A stretch of 50,007 nucleotides of DNA. It comes from Polymyxa betae A26-41. Taxonomy: Eukaryota > Protista > Endomyxa: Phytomyxea. Both the position numbers and the translations under genes were made by a program. The stretch is from contig RBZT01000181.1 of NCBI GenBank assembly GCA_003693705.1, positions 1-50,007 of the forward strand. The letters run 5' to 3'. This document shows, in pieces, positions 47,120 through 50,007 of the stretch; the stretch's first letter is position 1, and each line of letters starts with the position of its first letter. Under the pieces are notes generated by a model. That model worked only from the letters and a program-made list of their open reading frames with translations. It was not told where the DNA came from and ran no database searches.

Positions 47120-48212
47120 CAGTCCTCCCTCTCTGTAACGACACTCTGTATAACGACATCTTCATATAAGCACGATAATGTTACATTGTACGGATATTGT
47201 TGTATGGATTCTCTACAAGTACATCAATGACATGGCGGCGCGGCCCATGCCTGTCAGATGACATTCTAATGGGGCTCTTCGTTTCTCATCTCGATCATTA
47301 ACAATACAAACTTGAGTTTCTACCATTGTCTCGTCACCCTTAGACGAGCCGGTGGTAGGGCATTGCGTCTGGCGCTCAGACCCCTTTATCTCATGGCCCC
47401 AATTCCTTCGAGAAAGAGAGCTTCGTTCGGGATAGCCGAGAAACAGTTGATTTGCCGAATCTACAATGACAACCTTACAGAGAAAAAAACTAGAATCGCA
47501 GAGCTGGTTTCTGAAAGATTGGGTTATCAGGTATGCCGCTCGACTATTTATGGCATTGTAAGAGACGCTAAGAAGTACGAGAATCATGCACATTCACCTG
47601 ACTTGAAAAGAGCCAGGCCATGCAAATTTCCTTCTCTAGATTCTGCACTTATTCGCTGGATCGCGCAAGCAAATGCCAACAATGAAGTCATTTCTGAAGA
47701 CATAATCGTTCAAAAAGCTTCGGAAATGAGAATCGCCCTGAACATCGGCAAAGAACTACGTCTTTCCAATGGATGGTTGCAAAAATTTAAGAAACGACAT
47801 CAACTGAAAAGTTTTGTTTTGCATGGAGAGGCGTCAGAGCAATTCGACGACAATCTGCCAATAGAAGAAGAGCCCGGTTTAGATTATTTCATCGACGAAG
47901 AAATCAACGAAGCCAGCTCTGATTGTGAGCAAACTGAAGCTAACGACGACAAATCGAAGCGGATCGAAAATTTGCTACGCACTTTTCAGGATAACCCCAG
48001 AGATCTGCCAGAAGAAATTCATGAAGCTTGCAAGGCTTTAATATTGTATCTATTTGAGAAATAAACCTTTAAAACGATTCTCTGCAATTACTGCTTCAAG
48101 TAGCTAATACATTCAAATGGTCTATAACCCGTTAGAACCCCCATAGACTTTTATACCGACAATGTCGTTATATAGAAAACTCCGCCAGTGTCGTTATAAA
48201 GAGGGCTTTTCC
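47120..48212 (+). mobile_element. pogo/Tigger (Tc1/mariner) element, internally deleted
   Basis: Left end TA|cagtcctccctctctgtaacgacact with repeated tataacgaca. Right-end inverse agtgtcgttataaagaggg at 48187-48205 (outermost bases degenerate). Contains a CENP-B-type HTH ORF. Confidence 0.85.
47393..48064 (+). CDS. CENP-B/Tigger-type bipartite HTH DNA-binding protein without a DDE domain (223 aa)
   Basis: RSTIYGIVRD, KRARPCKFPSLDSALIRWI, ISEDIIVQKA and SNGWLQKFKKRH..LHGEAS, followed directly by an acidic tail. Confidence 0.8.
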   Translation: MAPIPSRKRASFGIAEKQLICRIYNDNLTEKKTRIAELVSERLGYQVCRSTIYGIVRDAKKYENHAHSPDLKRARPCKFPSLDSALIRWIAQANANNEVISEDIIVQKASEMRIALNIGKELRLSNGWLQKFKKRHQLKSFVLHGEASEQFDDNLPIEEEPGLDYFIDEEINEASSDCEQTEANDDKSKRIENLLRTFQDNPRDLPEEIHEACKALILYLFEK

Positions 48213-48648
48213 AAATGCCAGCGAGTTACCATCAAGTCAACCATCACAATAATCTGCGTATTGGATCGTATTTGGTGTGAGAAAAAGTACTATTTAAAAT
48301 CGAATTTGACAGAACTCATGCTCTGTTCAATGAACATGATCGAAATGATTGCATTGTAACAAGAAAAATGACGATAAAAACCACTGAATCGATACGCGAC
48401 TCCGCCAACAACGAAAATACAGCTCAGCATTTCTCATACAAAGCGACCAATGTAGCAAAAAAACCATGCTGTCAAGTTAACAAAAAAATATGAAGCTCCT
48501 AGAAAAATGTGTCAACAAGCATGCACAACTTCATCGGAGGAATCTTCAACTATTTACTTACCTTGAATGGGAGAAACTCGTATTGTATAGAACCTGCCTA
48601 GACCTCACAGCATAGTAATAAAAAATGAGAATTGAGAATAAGTTTTAT

Positions 48649-49081
48649 TCATAATGACAAAGACATGAATGAAGCCAAAAGACACGTCGAGATCAACATC
48701 TTCATGACCGGGTTCAATTTCGGCAGGTTTAACAGCATCAGGACCAGTACGGCAATCGGCAAAACGCCCGTTGGCTTCAGCTGATTAGAGGCTATAACAA
48801 GCAGTCAGTACCGGTGGGACAGCATAACCGAGTCAGTCCAGCAATGTTACCGTTACGGTTTCTGCCGGCTGCGCCTCCAGCTGGGTAGACAACTCCACGA
48901 CTACGGCCGCCGCTTGAGCTGCTACCGCCGCCGCCGCCACGACCGCCGCCGCCGCCGCCACGACCGCCGCCGCCGCCGCCCCGTAACGAGCGGCGGTCGA
49001 GGCCGTCGGCCGGTAACGAACCAACCAAGTCGTCGTTGTCGAGAGCTTTCAGATGGACCATGATGTGTTGATGATGCAGAC
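48649..49081 (-). CDS. Gly/Arg-rich low-complexity protein with a hydrophobic C-terminal exon (paralog of 46391-46889); 5' exon not located
   Basis: Exon 49081-48851 (LRGGGGGGRGGGGGGRGGGGGSSSSGGRSRG) plus phase-1 exon 48791-48649 (ASNQLKPTGVLPIAVLVLMLLNLPKLNPVMKMLISTCLLASFMSLSL*). Confidence 0.55.
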
Positions 49082-49635
49082 CTGTTTGTTCAATGGAGTC
49101 AGCCCTTTCCCCTCGACGGGTCAACACCAGTCAAGCAGTTTTTTCGGCGGACTTTTGGTTTGGACTATGGCGAGGCCCTTAACATAACTCTCTTAATCGA
49201 TTTTGAAAAGTTTCTCAAAGGAATGCGCCTGCGATGATAATTATCGATCTTTAATTTTATGTTACAAGAGCATTCTGTCTTGTTTTTGTTGTGTTGGATT
49301 AAATAATCATATTTTAGGTAAATGAGATTTTTTAATAATTGGAGATCAACTGATATTGAGATCAACTGATATTGGCGCGTGCCAAGTATTCGTGAATCTT
49401 AAAACCTGCTACAACTTGCATGATTGAATTTGTTTTCATACACTCTCTTTTGGATACTTTTGTTCAGTCTACTTTGTTTGTCTTAGTCTGTCTCTTCACT
49501 GCCGTAGTTATGAATGATGACTCTCAATTTTAATTTACGGGTGAAATAATGTCCGCTCAGAAAATGAATAGTAGGAGCTTCTATAGTGACCATTTGTGTC
49601 CCGGTAAACTCTTTTTTCCGTCACAAAACACTATA

Positions 49636-50007
49636 TGTCATCTATCCCTTTCGCTCCTCTATACTGAGGTCTCGATCGAGTAAAAAGTCCCCTTTTATTG
49701 GTTAGATAAGCGGTGCGATGACTCGGGAGCAGAGGGTAGGACGCGGGGGACCGGTGTCCTGCAACGGAGCGACGTCAGGGAGTCCTCGGAGGCGGAGCGG
49801 CGGGGCACGGAGTGGAGCGGAGAGAGGGTCGGAGTGGAGCGGTGAGGGGATCGTAGTGGAGCGTAGGAAGGACGTACGGAGCGGTGCCGGTGAGACGGAG
49901 GCGGAGCGGAGACGAAGGTCGGAGGGGAGTCGGAGGTGAGGCGAGGCGAGAGAACGAAGCAATAGAGAGTCGGAGACGAGATGAGAAACGTATGAATTTT
50001 GGAGTTG
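49636..50007. repeat. Purine-rich (ggagcggag-like) segment, possibly the end of an LTR running off the window
   Basis: Starts TGTCA at 49636. A minus-strand AATAAA lies at ~49693-49698. Abrupt compositional change to GA-rich sequence. The partner end is not visible. Confidence 0.3.

Noticed and set aside
1-50007. Prokaryotic systems (CRISPR arrays, operons, defence islands), rRNA and tRNA genes
   Set aside because: The DNA is spliceosomal-intron-rich eukaryotic sequence. I saw no repeat-spacer array with identical repeats and no recognisable rRNA or tRNA.

Overview
This is eukaryotic, intron-rich genomic DNA: GC-rich exons, AT-rich GT-AG introns, and scattered TTAGGG/TTTAGGG motifs. Gene content and style (secreted ankyrin and RING proteins, many orphan helical secreted proteins) suggest a parasitic protist such as a plasmodiophorid (Phytomyxea); this is inference only. 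From 5' to 3' the window holds: the 3' part of a Ty1/copia retrotransposon; a 9-exon NOG1 gene; a convergent DHHC-family palmitoyltransferase with a DHYC motif; two tandem single-Myb genes, one carrying an array of five symmetric 63-66 nt duplicated exons; a decayed tandem duplication of F-box-like genes interrupted by a non-autonomous hAT element; an 8-exon, ~1093-aa secreted protein ending in a RING finger; a head-to-head pair of VWD-domain type I membrane proteins; a secreted ankyrin protein; a Cys-rich repeat orphan gene; a large secreted helical protein; a LINE endonuclease remnant; and two inverted low-complexity paralogs flanking a DDE-less pogo/Tigger element. The most notable signals are (1) a gap-free 28-aa helical repeat shared by different secreted proteins, some fused to ubiquitin-system modules, (2) the symmetric micro-exon array, and (3) strong GTTAC/GTAAC and telomere-motif enrichment in introns. 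All gene models were spliced by eye and have no transcript support.
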